A stretch of DNA of 63,108 nt, filler included, from Octopus bimaculoides (GCF_001194135.2; 9 parts of 8 records of this genome joined end to end with filler, not necessarily neighbours in it), one strand, 5' to 3'; shown: positions 40,242-52,251, counted from the first letter of the whole stretch. Notes: a model not told the origin generated them from the letters alone. Translations and numbers: made by a program.

Positions 40242-40242
40242 N
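38860..40242 (+). mobile_element. 5'-truncated R4/Dong-like non-LTR retrotransposon (CCHC plus restriction-like endonuclease) with (TAA)n tail
   Basis: EYFRRLRLVLRSKL...NKIQAVSTWAV...HPKSDTDRLY; MYGQF; EALICAAQEQAI; CRMCGERGETVWHIVSEC; PDI...IIDIA; LQKSALLGT. Multiple stops and frameshifts. Followed by a long TAA array at ~40108-40242. Confidence 0.85.
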
Positions 40243-40518
40243 NNNNNNNNNNNNNNNNNNNNNNNNNNNNNNNNNNNNNNNNNNNTTAATTAATTAANNN
40301 NNNNNNNNNNNNNNNNNNNNNNNNNNNNNNNNNNNNNNNNNTATATATGTGTTATGTATGTATGTATCTATACAGAGAGAGGGAGAGAGAGAAAGAGAGA
40401 GATGTGTGTGTGTGGTATACATGCGGGTGGATGGGTAGCTGGTAGTTAAATATTAATGTTTATTCTGACATTTTTGTATGTACATTTTTAGTTTTGTGAA
40501 GGAGTTGTACGCGGCAGA

Positions 40519-40574
<56 letters not shown>

Positions 40575-40840
40575 CGTCTGTGAGCGAGATAAGGAGAGAA
40601 ACAAATGTATGCATTTAAACATATATGTACGTGTGTATATATGTATATATGTATGTGTGTATATACATACATATACATACATACACACACATATATATAT
40701 GTATATATATATATATATGGGTACAAGCATGCATATATGCTTGTGTATATACAAGCATACACGCCCACACACGTAATGTGTGTGTGCGCGTGTGCTTGTA
40801 TATATGTATATAACTGTACGTATGTAGATATGTAAATGTT

Positions 40841-40890
<50 letters not shown>

Positions 40891-40903
40891 GATAGATAGA
40901 TAA

Positions 40904-40956
<53 letters not shown>

Positions 40957-41415
40957 TATATATACATACCACACACACACGGACATACATACACATATAT
41001 ATATATAAACACGGGCGCACACGTACACACCAACAAATCTCTCACCCGTCCCCATTCCAAACAGGCGCACGTGTGCAATGAGTAAGCTTGTTTTTGTCCC
41101 CACACAAATAAAAAAAAAACAATTACGACAACGACGACGACGACGACACGAACAACGATAACAAAGGCAAGATTTACTAAGTCGAAATGTTACAGATGAT
41201 GAAGTAAGCTCAATCTGTGTTACTATCATATTTCAGGGGGTCACTCAGAGACCCTAGGGTCACACAATCAATTAGCAAAAAAAAAGAAATCGGATAGCTG
41301 AGATTATACAAAACTATTAGACAAAATCTTCTATTTTAGGACGGTCATTATGCCAATGATAAGCACACGCACTGGTTCTATTTCACTTCTTTTATTATTA
41401 TTTGTCAATTGTTAG

Positions 41416-41625
41416 ATGGCGAACTGGCAGAATCGTTATTACGCCGGGCGAAATGCTTAGCGGCTTTTCATCCGTCATTACGTTCCGAGTTCAAATTCTG
41501 CCGAGGTCATCTTCGCTTTCATCCTTCCGGGGTTGATAAGTACCAGTGAAGCACTGTGGTCGATATAATAATCTACTTATCCTTCCACTAAAATTTCAGG
41601 CCTTGTGCCTATAGTAGAAAGAATC
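41416..41625 (+). mobile_element. SINE family 2 copy
   Basis: Aligns by eye along its length to 23780-23985. Confidence 0.8.
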
Positions 41626-41837
41626 ATTATTTGTCAGTTGGCTGACCAGTTAATTCATCGATTCGTAGAGTAATCATTCGGTCTGTAAATCAGTTAGGTT
41701 CGTCGAAGTCCTATCGTCACCATTCGTAACCTCATCAATGATTTGCCTTCTCTAAGCTTGATTTCTGTCTGTTGGTCTGTTTGTCTGTCGTTTTATAAAC
41801 AGAACCTGTCAATATGAACATAAAACCTTTGAACATG

Positions 41838-42142
41838 TGGCACTCCGTCGCTTACGACGACAAGGGTTCCAGTTGATCGAATCAACGAAACAGCCTGCTC
41901 GTGAAATTAACGTGCAAGCGGCTGAGCACGCCACAGACACGTGTACCCTTAACGTAGTTCTCGGGGAGATTCAGCGTGACACAATGTGTGACAAGGCTGA
42001 CCCTTTGAATTACAGGCACAACAGAAACAGGAAGTAAGAGTAAGAGAAAGTTGTGGTGGAAGAGTACAGCAGGGTTCGCCACCATCCCCCTGCCGGAGCC
42101 TCGTGGAGCTTTAGGTGTTTTCGCTCAATAAACACTCACAAC
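41838..42142 (-). mobile_element. SINE family 1 copy lacking the head
   Basis: Reverse complement of the body and tail of 58968-59392. Confidence 0.8.
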
Positions 42143-42427
42143 GAGAGAGCAAATCATTGATGAGTTCGCGAATGGCGACGTAACGACTTTGATAAGCCTT
42201 GGGGGTGGGGCTGACCGAACGATTAATCAAAGAATCAATTAGTTAATTGGTTAAAAGGTTAACCAGTTGAAATAATAATAATAGCTATTTGATAAATAGT
42301 GACGGAGATCTGCCGCAATGTACCGGGTCCAATATTATTATTGATAATTTTAAACGCTATAGGTAGAACGATTGTGGTAATGATAACCACTGTGGTTATG
42401 GAGGCGACACAATGCAAGCACATTATT

Positions 42428-42458
<31 letters not shown>

Positions 42459-42530
42459 ATGTACATACTATCGTGCGTGTATATACAAATAAAGAGAGGA
42501 AGAGAGAGAGATGGGATCTTAATAACAACT

Positions 42531-43620
42531 CTCCTGGGAACCCCTCGAACGACTCATGAAATCATGATGCAACACAGCAATGAAAGAATTAACGGCAGGA
42601 ATGATGCTATAGCCGATCGTGGTGAAGGTTTCCCGCCCGGCACGTCCGAAACCGCCCGCATCAGGGGCAGTGATCTGGCCTCGGACGGTCATTATGTGAC
42701 AGCAGATCACATACACGGTGTGCGCAAAGACAGGCGTAAGTGGGCGAAGGAAGAGTACGAGGCGCTTATTGAATGTTATGAAAGAGCAAAGCTGGAAAGA
42801 AGTCGCGGAGTTGGCCGACATATCTTGAAATTTTGGAGAAGAGAAAAGAAGACCTTCTTGAAATGAGAATGCATGGACAGTTTGAAAGGAATACACACGA
42901 CGTTAAGATACAACATCGTGGGCATGGCTTGAGCGAAGTGATTTGAAGGGTACCAGCGAAAGCCTGATCATCGCCGCACAAGACCAGGCTCTCGCAGCTA
43001 ATTCAGAGAAGTATAACATCTATAAAACTTCTATAAAACTTCTGACACTCGGAAATGCAGATTGTCGAAAGAATGTGGAAAATGCGACCCATTTGGTAAG
43101 CGGATGTGAGAGCCTTGCACAAAAAGAATACAAGCACTGCCACGATAAAATGTGTGCGTATCTTCATTGGCTCTTATGCCGAATATACCAATGTGAAGTA
43201 ACAGAGAACTGGTATGAGCATGTACCATGTAAGGTTATGCACGAGGATGGAAAAGTAATGATACTCTGGGACAATGATTTTCAGATGGATCGTGTAATCG
43301 AACACTGCTGGCCAAATATTGTCATATTGGGTAAGAGAGACAAATACTGTCAGACCTTTGAGGTAGCCATAAATCAGCAAGTACTCTGAATTGAAAGTGG
43401 AAATGGTAAGACTGTATGGAATGCGGGAGGGTAACGTATAAAGTGATACCAATGGTGATCGGAGCGTTGGGTTCAATCCCATTCAAACTTCAAGACTTCT
43501 TAAGGCAACTGGAAATCCCATGCAAGATTGATGTCTTGCAAAAAGCAGTCTTATTGGGCACAGTGCACATCTTAAGGAAAATATCATGTCTTGAGGTCCT
43601 TGTTGTGATTTGACAGATGA
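42531..43620 (+). mobile_element. R4/Dong-like element with internal deletion (N-terminal part joined to C-terminal CCHC/RLE part)
   Basis: RRKWAKEEYEALIECYERAKLERSRG (N-terminal motif) is joined near 42840 to MHGQF...ESLIIAAQDQAL...HLVSGC...WYEH...ILWD...LQKAVLLGTVHILRK. No RT motifs lie between them. Confidence 0.75.
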
Positions 43621-45844
43621 CTAAAGACTCCGGTACATTTTTACCAACACTGTGTCACTTGAACCAGAGCAAATTCGACCAGGTCGGGATTTGAATCAAG
43701 AACGCCCAAATTATTGAATGCCCAAGATTACCCAAGTAACTAAACTAAATACCGCAATGTCCAACACTTTAAGGATTACTGCCAATCCACCCCCACCCCC
43801 ATCGCCACCACCAATTGTTGGCTAGTGAGGTTTCCTCGTGCATGTGTGTCATTGCCAGTTTGCCAATAGCAAACACAAAATTGCTTTTAGAAACAAAATG
43901 CAGATATAATAATAGAACAGAATATCTTCTCACTGCTCTAAATATCCAGATATCATGACCCGAATTATTTGATAAAATCAATATTAGAGCGTACAGGATT
44001 CGAATATGTAGATTATTTCAGTGAGATATGCTATTTATAAATGTTATTTCTCAAACACCATCTCACCAACACAAACACACAACATAGCTCAGCACAGTAC
44101 AAACCAAGCCAGCGCACATACATACACGCTGCGTCTGTCATATCGTCGCCATGTTACTTTTCGATAATTAAAATGGCTGTGAGTTATGGCTCGTTGCAGT
44201 CTCAAAAGCAGCTTCCGCTGCTGGAGGTTAAACACGCGGCGGGCTGGGGTCGCGTTCGTCCAATAATGGAGGGAAGTAGAACTGGTAGGTTTTTGCATTG
44301 TCAATCGTGTAAGCGGTGAGAAATTTAGATCAATTCCAGTCAAGAGAGCTTGTAGTCTTGGGACAGACTTACACATATATTGTGGTTGTGGAGGATCTCT
44401 GTCGTTCGACGATGAGCTTTCAGTTGTTTGATGATGAGCTTTCAGTGGCCGTGTATTGCACAGTGACANNNNNNNNNNNNNNNNNNNNNNNNNNNNNNNN
44501 NNNNNNNNNNNNTTAATTAATTAANNNNNNNNNNNNNNNNNNNNNNNNNNNNNNNNNNNNNNNNNNNNATATAATCCAATTATTATTGTATATTTAAAAT
44601 TGTAAATATTTAATCGATACAGCTACTTCACCCCTTTTATGTTGGTCTGTCCTTGTTTGTCCCCTCTTTGTAATGCCTTTATGGCAAATATTTATGAAAT
44701 AAAGTAGCTTGCTTACCAACCTCATGGTTCCGGGTTCATTCCCACTGTGTGGCACCTTGGGCAAGTGTCTTCTACTATAGCCTCGGGCCGACCAAAGCCT
44801 TCTGAGTGGATTTGGTAGACGGAAACTGAAAGAAGCCCGTCGAATATATGTTTAAGTATATGTATGCGTGTGTATATGTTTGTGTGTCTGTGTTTATCCC
44901 CCCAACATCGCTTGACANNNNNNNNNNNNNNNNNNNNNNNNNNNNNNNNNNNNNNNNNNNNNNNNNNNNNNNNNNNNNNNNNNNNNNNNNNNNNNNNNNN
45001 NNNNNNNNNNNNNNNNNTATATTTATATGTCCATATATATTTTTAATATTCATATATTTTTATATTTTTAATACATTAATATGTTTTATTTTGGGCAATT
45101 TTTATCTTAATCATGGTAATGGAAAAATGAACTACGCATCCGTGGCCGGTGTCACTAGTGACAGTGCAAATCGGCCCGGGCGAGCTCGAAAAATATAAAA
45201 GCTTATTCCAGGAGGAAGCTGACTCCTTCAGAAGAAGTGATGTATATATAGTAATAATAGAAAAACAGTCCAAGGATGGTGTTTATAGATGTTTTAATAT
45301 ATCGCTACGCACGTTTCCGCAAAGATAGAAAATGAAATGAATGATATTCGTTATGTAAAAGCACTACAAGTATTTCACTGTATGTTGACATCAGGTAGCC
45401 AATAATTACGGAGGAGCATTGCATGCCATAGTTCAAGATTTTTATTTTACCAGAATATTATTTAACTATATATAACTATGAGTTTACCAAAATCAGAGAA
45501 AATAACTTCATATTATCTAAGAGCACGTTCAACTCAAGAACTTACTGTGAGAAATCGGTTTTTTAAAAAATTTTGGCTAGAAACTCAGGCTCAGTAACTT
45601 CTGCAGTAATCTCAAAGTATGTTGAGTGTTGTAACCACTTCGGTTGGAAACCTCAGTTTATGGTAGAGCAATTTATGTCTTAATAATATCATTTAATGGC
45701 TGCGAGCTTTGAGAATCGTTAGTCTTTATGTTCTGAGTTCAAATTCTGCCGAGGTCGACTTGCCTTTCATCTTTTCGGGATTGATAAAATATGTACCAGT
45801 TGAGCACTGGGGGTCGATGTAATCGACTTAACCCCTTCCTCAAA

Positions 45845-46266
45845 ACTGCCTTCTCTTTTTCTTTATCTCTTCCCTTTTCCCCTTCTTTCATCTTCTCCTT
45901 GTCTTTCTCTTCCTCCTCCTCTTCCTCTTTCTCCCCTTCGCCTTCATCTTCCCCTTGCTTTCCTCATCTTCTACCACCTCCTCCTCACTCCCCTTTCCCA
46001 GCTCCTCCCCGCCACCTCTTCCATCACCGTAATCCCTCCTCTCCTTCCTCTTCCTCCTCCTCCTCCTCCTTCCGTCTTCCTCCTCCTCTTCCTCCTTCCT
46101 CCCTCCTCTTTTCTTACTTCTTCCGTCTTCATCCTCCCTTGCTTTCTCTCCTCATCTTTTACCACTACCACCACCTCCAACCCCTCCCCTCCCCTTCCTC
46201 CTTCTCTCCTTATTCCTTCTTCTCCCACTCATACTCCTCACCCTCTTCCATTCTCGTCCATTCCAG
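45845..46266 (+). repeat. CT-rich low-complexity tract forming the acceptor polypyrimidine region of the GPCR TM1 exon
   Basis: About 420 nt of almost pure C/T ending in CCAG. Confidence 0.85.
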
Positions 46267-46405
46267 GTGGAACAGTTGACCTTCCTTTGGCTCCTCTTCG
46301 CCTCCATAGTCTTTGGTAACATCACCGTCCTTGCTGCCATCTACTTCACAAAGACCAACCGACGCAACAGAATGAATTTCTTTATCATGCATCTCGCTCT
46401 GGCAG
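46267..46405 (+). CDS. NPS/CCAP-receptor-family GPCR, internal exon encoding TM1-ICL1-start of TM2
   Basis: Long CT tract ending TTCCAG, then phase 0 frame VEQLTFLWLLFASIVFGNITVLAAIYFTKTNRRNRMNFFIMHLALA, then G|GTAAG donor (phase 1). Carries the class A TM1 GN motif and the EQL...RMNFFIMHLALAD pattern typical of CCAP/NPS receptors. 139 nt. Confidence 0.93.
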
Positions 46406-47101
46406 GTAAGAACACGGCCACAGCACCATTATTATTATTATTATTATCATCATCATCATCATCATCCTTCTTCTTCTTCTTCTTCTTCTTCTTTTTCTTT
46501 TTCTTTTTCTTCTTCTTCTTCTTCTTCTTCTTCTTCTTCTTCTTCTTCTTCTTCTTCTTCTTCTTCTTCTTCTTCATGTTGCTGTTGCTGTCACGGCTGC
46601 TATTCCTCCTGTTATCCTGTTATTGTCATTGAAGTTGTTTTATGTAACCCCAGAAATACAAAATTNNNNNNNNNNNNNNNNNNNNNNNNNNNNNNNNNNN
46701 NNNNNNNNNNNNNNNNNNNNNNNNNNNNNNNNNNNNNNNNNNNNNNNNNNNNNNNNNNNNNNNNNNNNNNNNNNNNNNNNNNNNNNNNNNNNNNNNNNNN
46801 NNNNNNNNNNNNNNNNNNNNNNNNNNNNNNNNNNNNNNNNNNNNNNNNNNNNNNNNNNNNNNNNNNNNNNNNNNNNNNNNNNNNNNNNNNNNNNNNNNNN
46901 NNNNNNNNNNNNNNNNNNNNNNNNNNNNNNNNNNNNNNNNNNNNNNNNNNNNNNNNNNNNNNNNNNNNNNNNNNNNNNNNNNNNNNNNNNNNNNNNNNNN
47001 NNNNNNNNNNNNNNNNNNNNNNNNNNNNNNNNNNNNNNNNNNNNNNNNNNNNNNNNNNNNNNNNNNNNNNNNNNNNNNNNNNNNNNNNNNNNNNNNNNNN
47101 N

Positions 47102-47146
<45 letters not shown>

Positions 47147-47390
47147 CACACACAGACACACACACATGTAAACCTATATATGATATATATATATGTGATA
47201 CATATATATGTACTTGCATATATGTATATTTACATACATATAGCATATATACATACGTATATACACACACACATACACACACATATATATATATACACAG
47301 AAATACACAAATATATATACATAGATACGTACATATTTATAAATATAATTTACCTGTGTATGTTTGCATATGTATGTGCACACATATGCA

Positions 47391-47429
<39 letters not shown>

Positions 47430-47441
47430 ATATCTATCTAT

Positions 47442-47495
<54 letters not shown>

Positions 47496-47920
47496 ATATA
47501 TATATATATATATTTGTACAGGCGCAGATGTGGTGGTGTGGTAAGAAGCTTGCTTCCCAACCACATGACTTCGGGTTCAGTCCCACTGCGTGACACCTTG
47601 GGCAAGTGTCTTCTGTATTAGCTTCAGGCCAATCAAAGCCTTGAGAGTGGATTTGGTAAACGGAAACTGAAAGAATGGGACAAGAACGCAAAACATCCAG
47701 ACAGTTAGGTGATGCAAAACCTCTAGATAGACGACACAAAGTAAACAAGGACGGGTCATTCGGAGGTTTCTTTCCTCAGTCGAGTTCCAGATTATCTTTG
47801 CAATTTCGGCTGGTTATATTCGAGATTGCTCCAATCTGGCCAGCCCCAAGGAAAATCTTCCACACACACCAGCTTAATTTAATTCGTACCATTTTGTATT
47901 TTTTATAATATATATATATA

Positions 47921-47959
<39 letters not shown>

Positions 47960-48364
47960 ATTTGTATATATCTGTGTGTGTCTGTGTTTGCCCCACCATG
48001 ACTTGACAACCGATGCTGGTATGTTTACATCCCCGTAACTTAGCAGTTCGGCAAAAGAGCCCGATAGAATAATTACTAGGCATACAAAGAATAAGTCCTG
48101 GGGTCGATTTGTTCGACTAAAGGTGGTGCTCTCTAGCATGGCCGCAGTCAAATGACTTAAACTAGTAAAAAAATAAAAGAATAAAAGAATGCGCGTGTGT
48201 GTGTGTACACGTAAATATCGAACAATAAGAATGAGTGCTCAACACTGCATTAGTGGATAAAATTTTTTTATTTGTGGATTAAGGCTACCATTGGTTTCAT
48301 GTTAAGGAAACTCGTAACAATTATCCAGCCTATCACACAGAACATCAGTGTTGTCTCCATTTTG

Positions 48365-48782
48365 GATTGTTTTGTCTTTTATCTTTCACCTGCTTCGTCA
48401 TTAGACTGCGACCATGCGGGAGCACCACCTAGTAGAATTTCAGTCGAACAAATCGACCCCAGTATTGATTTAAAAAATATTTTTAAGCGTGTTACTTATT
48501 CTATCGGTCTTTTGCTGAAACGCTAAGGTACGTGGACATAAGCAAACCAATTCCGGTTATCGAACAGTGGTGGGGAACAAACTGAAAGGTACTTGCATGC
48601 ATAAGTACACAAACATACACACACACGCACGAGAGGCCCCTTTTGAGTTTCCGACTACCAAATCCACTCACAAGGCTTTGGTCGACCCGAAGATACTTGC
48701 CCTAGGTACCACGCAGTGGGACTGAATCCGGAACCGCGTGATTTTAAAGCAATTTCTCACTACACAGCCATGCCTGCGCCTA
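48365..48782 (-). mobile_element. tRNA-derived SINE family 3 with internal microsatellite (complete copy)
   Basis: Head (...GGTTCCGGATTCAGTCCCACTGCGTGG...GGGCAAGT...), TG-rich spacer, then 3' half (...ACCGATAGAATAAGT...CTGGGGTCGATTTGTTCGACT...GCATGG(T/C)CGCAGTC). Halves recur at 18148-18295, 34345-34670, 44708-44917, 47520-47672, 47960-48190, 52352-52440, 53315-53535 and 58485-58635. Confidence 0.75.
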
Positions 48783-48865
48783 TGTTTTGGCATTAATTTC
48801 TTTAATATCTTTCCCTTAATGATTTCCAATATAAAACAATATTTTCGTCTCATTCATTCTCTTAG

Positions 48866-48969
48866 ATCTGATGTCTGGCCTCATCAGTGTCTTGATGGAT
48901 GCAATATGGAAACTTATCATACACTGGTACGCTGGCAATCTAATGTGTAAGGTTGCACGGTTTTTACAG
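48866..48969 (+). CDS. Same GPCR, exon encoding TM2-ECL1-start of TM3
   Basis: CATTCTCTTAG acceptor; AT completes GAT (Asp of LAxxD) with the G from the previous exon. Translates DLMSGLISVLMDAIWKLIIHWYAGNLMCKVARFLQ, with the ECL1 Trp and the TM3 Cys. CAG|GTATGA donor, phase 0. 104 nt. Not in the ORF track in this frame. Confidence 0.93.
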
Positions 48970-49908
48970 GTATGATATATAACACTGTGTAACACGATTT
49001 TACAGGTATGTGTAACACGATTTTTGTCCTTGGGTTGCAACTGTTATTTCCTATTTGCTTACCCCTAGAAGGGGTTTATTTGCTTTTGTTACATTTATTT
49101 AATCCCCCAGAAATCCCTCTCAACACATGGTTATGATGTCCCCATCACCGTAATATATCTGCTCATGGTCAGAGACGCACATATTTTTCAGCCACCAAAG
49201 GACATGCTCAAGCGGTTGAGGTTAAGCACCTGACAAATAAATCCGTGGTATTGAGCAGAATATTTGCTATAACGATATTTCTGCTTCAGCAACTCAGCAA
49301 TGAATCTGTCTGAAATGTAATGGAAAATAGGTGAGTTTGAAAACATTGATGTCCTGGTCAGAAAAGCAAAGTTTGAAGGGAACAGTAGTGATTTCCTTTG
49401 ATTTCAAGATAGAAGCAGATAGGAAATAACACTCACTGACCAAAGACAAAAAATAAAAAAAAAGAAGTCTGTTACACTGTGTAATTGAACGCACCAGTTG
49501 ATCCTATAATTGATACTATATAATTTACTCTGTCTCTATGACCGCCATCTTTCATACCACAGACAACTTCAACGTATTCATTCGACTTGCTAGAAATAGC
49601 TACCAAGGCACCTCTCCTCTCTCAATGGATCCTCATTGTCGAACAAAGATCTACTGTACGATAATTATCATATGTATGTTTTTGTCTTTTTCTTTTTGAT
49701 TTAGAGAAAACCTTGACCTACCCACCTACCCGGTAGCAAGGTTGTAAAGGAAAGTATCTTCTTTTAACCATCATCCCTTAAATCTTAAGGTCTTGCAGAT
49801 TTTTGTAGTCCCAGATATCGCGATAATTTGTAGCGTATGAATTAAGGACTAGCATTCACTCTCTATGATCCTAATTCAGCCATACTTTACACCAGATGGG
49901 TTGTTATG

Positions 49909-49942
<34 letters not shown>

Positions 49943-51400
49943 TGTATGTATGTATGTATGTGTTGTTATGTATATCTATAATCAGTGCGAATAACGAGAA
50001 AATATAATGAAGGAAGAGAACTTACAATGTTTTCTGAATGAGGAGAGATAAGCGTTTGTGATGAGAGATATATAACGACCTTTTTGGCAGAATTGAAATG
50101 ACGTAGGTATGTATATATATATATATATATATNNNNNNNNNNNNNNNNNNNNNNNNNNNNNNNNNNNNNNNNNNNNNNNNNNNNNNNNNNNNNNNNNNNN
50201 NNNNNNNNNNNNNNNNNNNNNNNNNNNNNNNNNNNNNNNNNNNNNNNNNNNNNNNNNNNNNNNNNNNNNNNNNNNNNNNNNNNNNNNNNNNNNNNNNNNN
50301 NNNNNNNNNNNNNNNNNNNNNNNNNNNNNNNNNNNNNNNNNNNNNNNNNNNNNNNNNNNNNNNNNNNNNNNNNNNNNNNNNNNNNNNNNNNNNNNNNNNN
50401 NNNNNNNNNNNNNNNNNNNNNNNNNNNNNNNNNNNNNNNNNNNNNNNNNNNNNNNNNNNNNNNNNNNNNNNNNNNNNNNNNNNNNNNNNNNNNNNNNNNN
50501 NNNNNNNNNNNNNNNNNNNNNNNNNNNNNNNNNNNNNNNNNNNNNNNNNNNNNNNNNNNNNNNNNNNNNNNNNNNNNNNNNNNNNNNNNNNNNNNNNNNN
50601 NNNNNNNNNNNNNNNNNNNNNNNNNNNNNNNNNNNNNNNNNNNNNNNNNNNNNNNNNNNNNNNNNNNNNNNNNNNNNNNNNNNNNNNNNNNNNNNNNNNN
50701 NNNNNNNNNNNNNNNNNNNNNNNNNNNNNNNNNNNNNNNNNNNNNNNNNNNNNNNNNNNNNNNNNNNNNNNNNNNNNNNNNNNNNNNNNNNNNNNNNNNN
50801 NNNNNNNNNNNNNNNNNNNNNNNNNNNNNNNNNNNNNNNNNNNNNNNNNNNNNNNNNNNNNNNNNNNNNNNNNNNNNNNNNNNNNNNNNNNNNNNNNNNN
50901 NNNNNNNNNNNNNNNNNNNNNNNNNNNNNNNNNNNNNNNNNNNNNNNNNNNNNNNNNNNNNNNNNNNNNNNNNNNNNNNNNNNNNNNNNNNNNNNNNNNN
51001 NNNNNNNNNNNNNNNNNNNNNNNNNNNNNNNNNNNNNNNNNNNNNNNNNNNNNNNNNNNNNNNNNNNNNNNNNNNNNNNNNNNNNNNNNNNNNNNNATGT
51101 ATGCATGCATGCATGCATGTTTGTATGTATGTATGTATTTATGTATGTATGCATGTATGTATGTATGTATGTATTTGTTTGTGTATGTCTGTGTGCGTGC
51201 ATGTATAGGTCCTTCTAGACGATTGTGTATGTGTATGCATGTATATATGCGTATATGTATGTGTGTATTATTCGCATGTGTTTATGCCTAATTGTGTGAA
51301 TGTCTGTATGTGTTTGTGTATATATGTGTATACGTATATGTATGTTATATATATATTGACGTAGTTGCCTTTTACTCTTCCCTTCTTTTCTTTTCTTTAG

Positions 51401-51494
51401 GCGATGGTCACGTTCGGCTCAACTTACCTCCTCGTTGCCCTCAGTCTCGACCGTCTCGATGCTGTTGCTTGGCCATTACACTTCACCAAGAGCC
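51401..51494 (+). CDS. Same GPCR, exon encoding TM3-ICL2 (DRL variant of DRY)
   Basis: TTTTCTTTTCTTTAG acceptor, phase 0 frame AMVTFGSTYLLVALSLDRLDAVAWPLHFTKS, then C|GTAAGT donor (phase 1). 94 nt. STYxLVALSxDRxxAxxxP matches the vasopressin/NPS/CCAP receptor TM3 pattern. Confidence 0.93.
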
Positions 51495-51998
51495 GTAAGT
51501 AATCTCCTCTTTTACACTCTGCATATACACACATCGGGACAGAGCTGCTCACACACACACACACGCACACACAAACACACACACAGATCTGTCCATATAT
51601 ACGAGGAGCTGCAGAAAAGCTCCACGCTTTAAAGGTGTCGCGAAAGGCCTGGTTGAAGGCTCAGCCCTTCGAACTCTTCTTACAGGGCCTAGACAAACCG
51701 AAGGACCGGTGCAATAAGTGAGTGGATCTGAGAAGGGAATAATGTTGAATAAAATCATAATTAACAGATCCTCCTGCTGTTGTTGTTGGTGTTGTTGGTG
51801 TTGTTGACACCTTTGCTATTGTTGTTGTTGTTGTTGTTGTTGCCATCGCTACTGCTTCTGCCGTTGATGTTTGTCGTATGGTTGATGTTGCTACCACTAC
51901 GACTTCTGTTGTTGCTGGCACTGTTGGTAGTGGTGGAGATGGTGGTGCTTTCGCTTGGTGTTTGTAGTTTTCTCCCTTTGTTTTCTGCGGTACTGCGT

Positions 51999-52251
51999 GG
52001 AGGCGCAATGGCCCAGTGGTTAGGGCAGCGGACTCGTGGTCATAGGATCGCGGTTTCGATTCCCAGACCGGGCGTCGTGAGTGTTTAATGAGCGAAAACA
52101 CCTAAAGCTCCACGACGCTCCGGCAGGGGGATGGTGGCGAACCCTGCTGTACTCTTTCATCACAACTTTCTCTCACTCTTACTTCCTGTTTCTGTTGTGC
52201 CTGTAATTCAAAGGGTCAGCCTTGTCACACTGTGTCACGCTGAATATCCCC
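51999..52251 (+). mobile_element. SINE family 1 copy, truncated by a gap
   Basis: Near-identical to 58968-59210. Confidence 0.85.

Noticed and set aside
31800-45700. Candidates for the GPCR N-terminal exon (e.g. MNNLT at ~31926, ORF 44041-44319, MMSKL at ~37492)
   Set aside because: None ends at a phase 0 GT donor with an open frame; the exon may lie in a gap or outside the window.
46406-46632. Poly-Ser/poly-Phe continuation of ORF 46267-46632
   Set aside because: Read-through past the G|GTAAG donor into intronic (TTA)(TCA)(TTC)n repeats.
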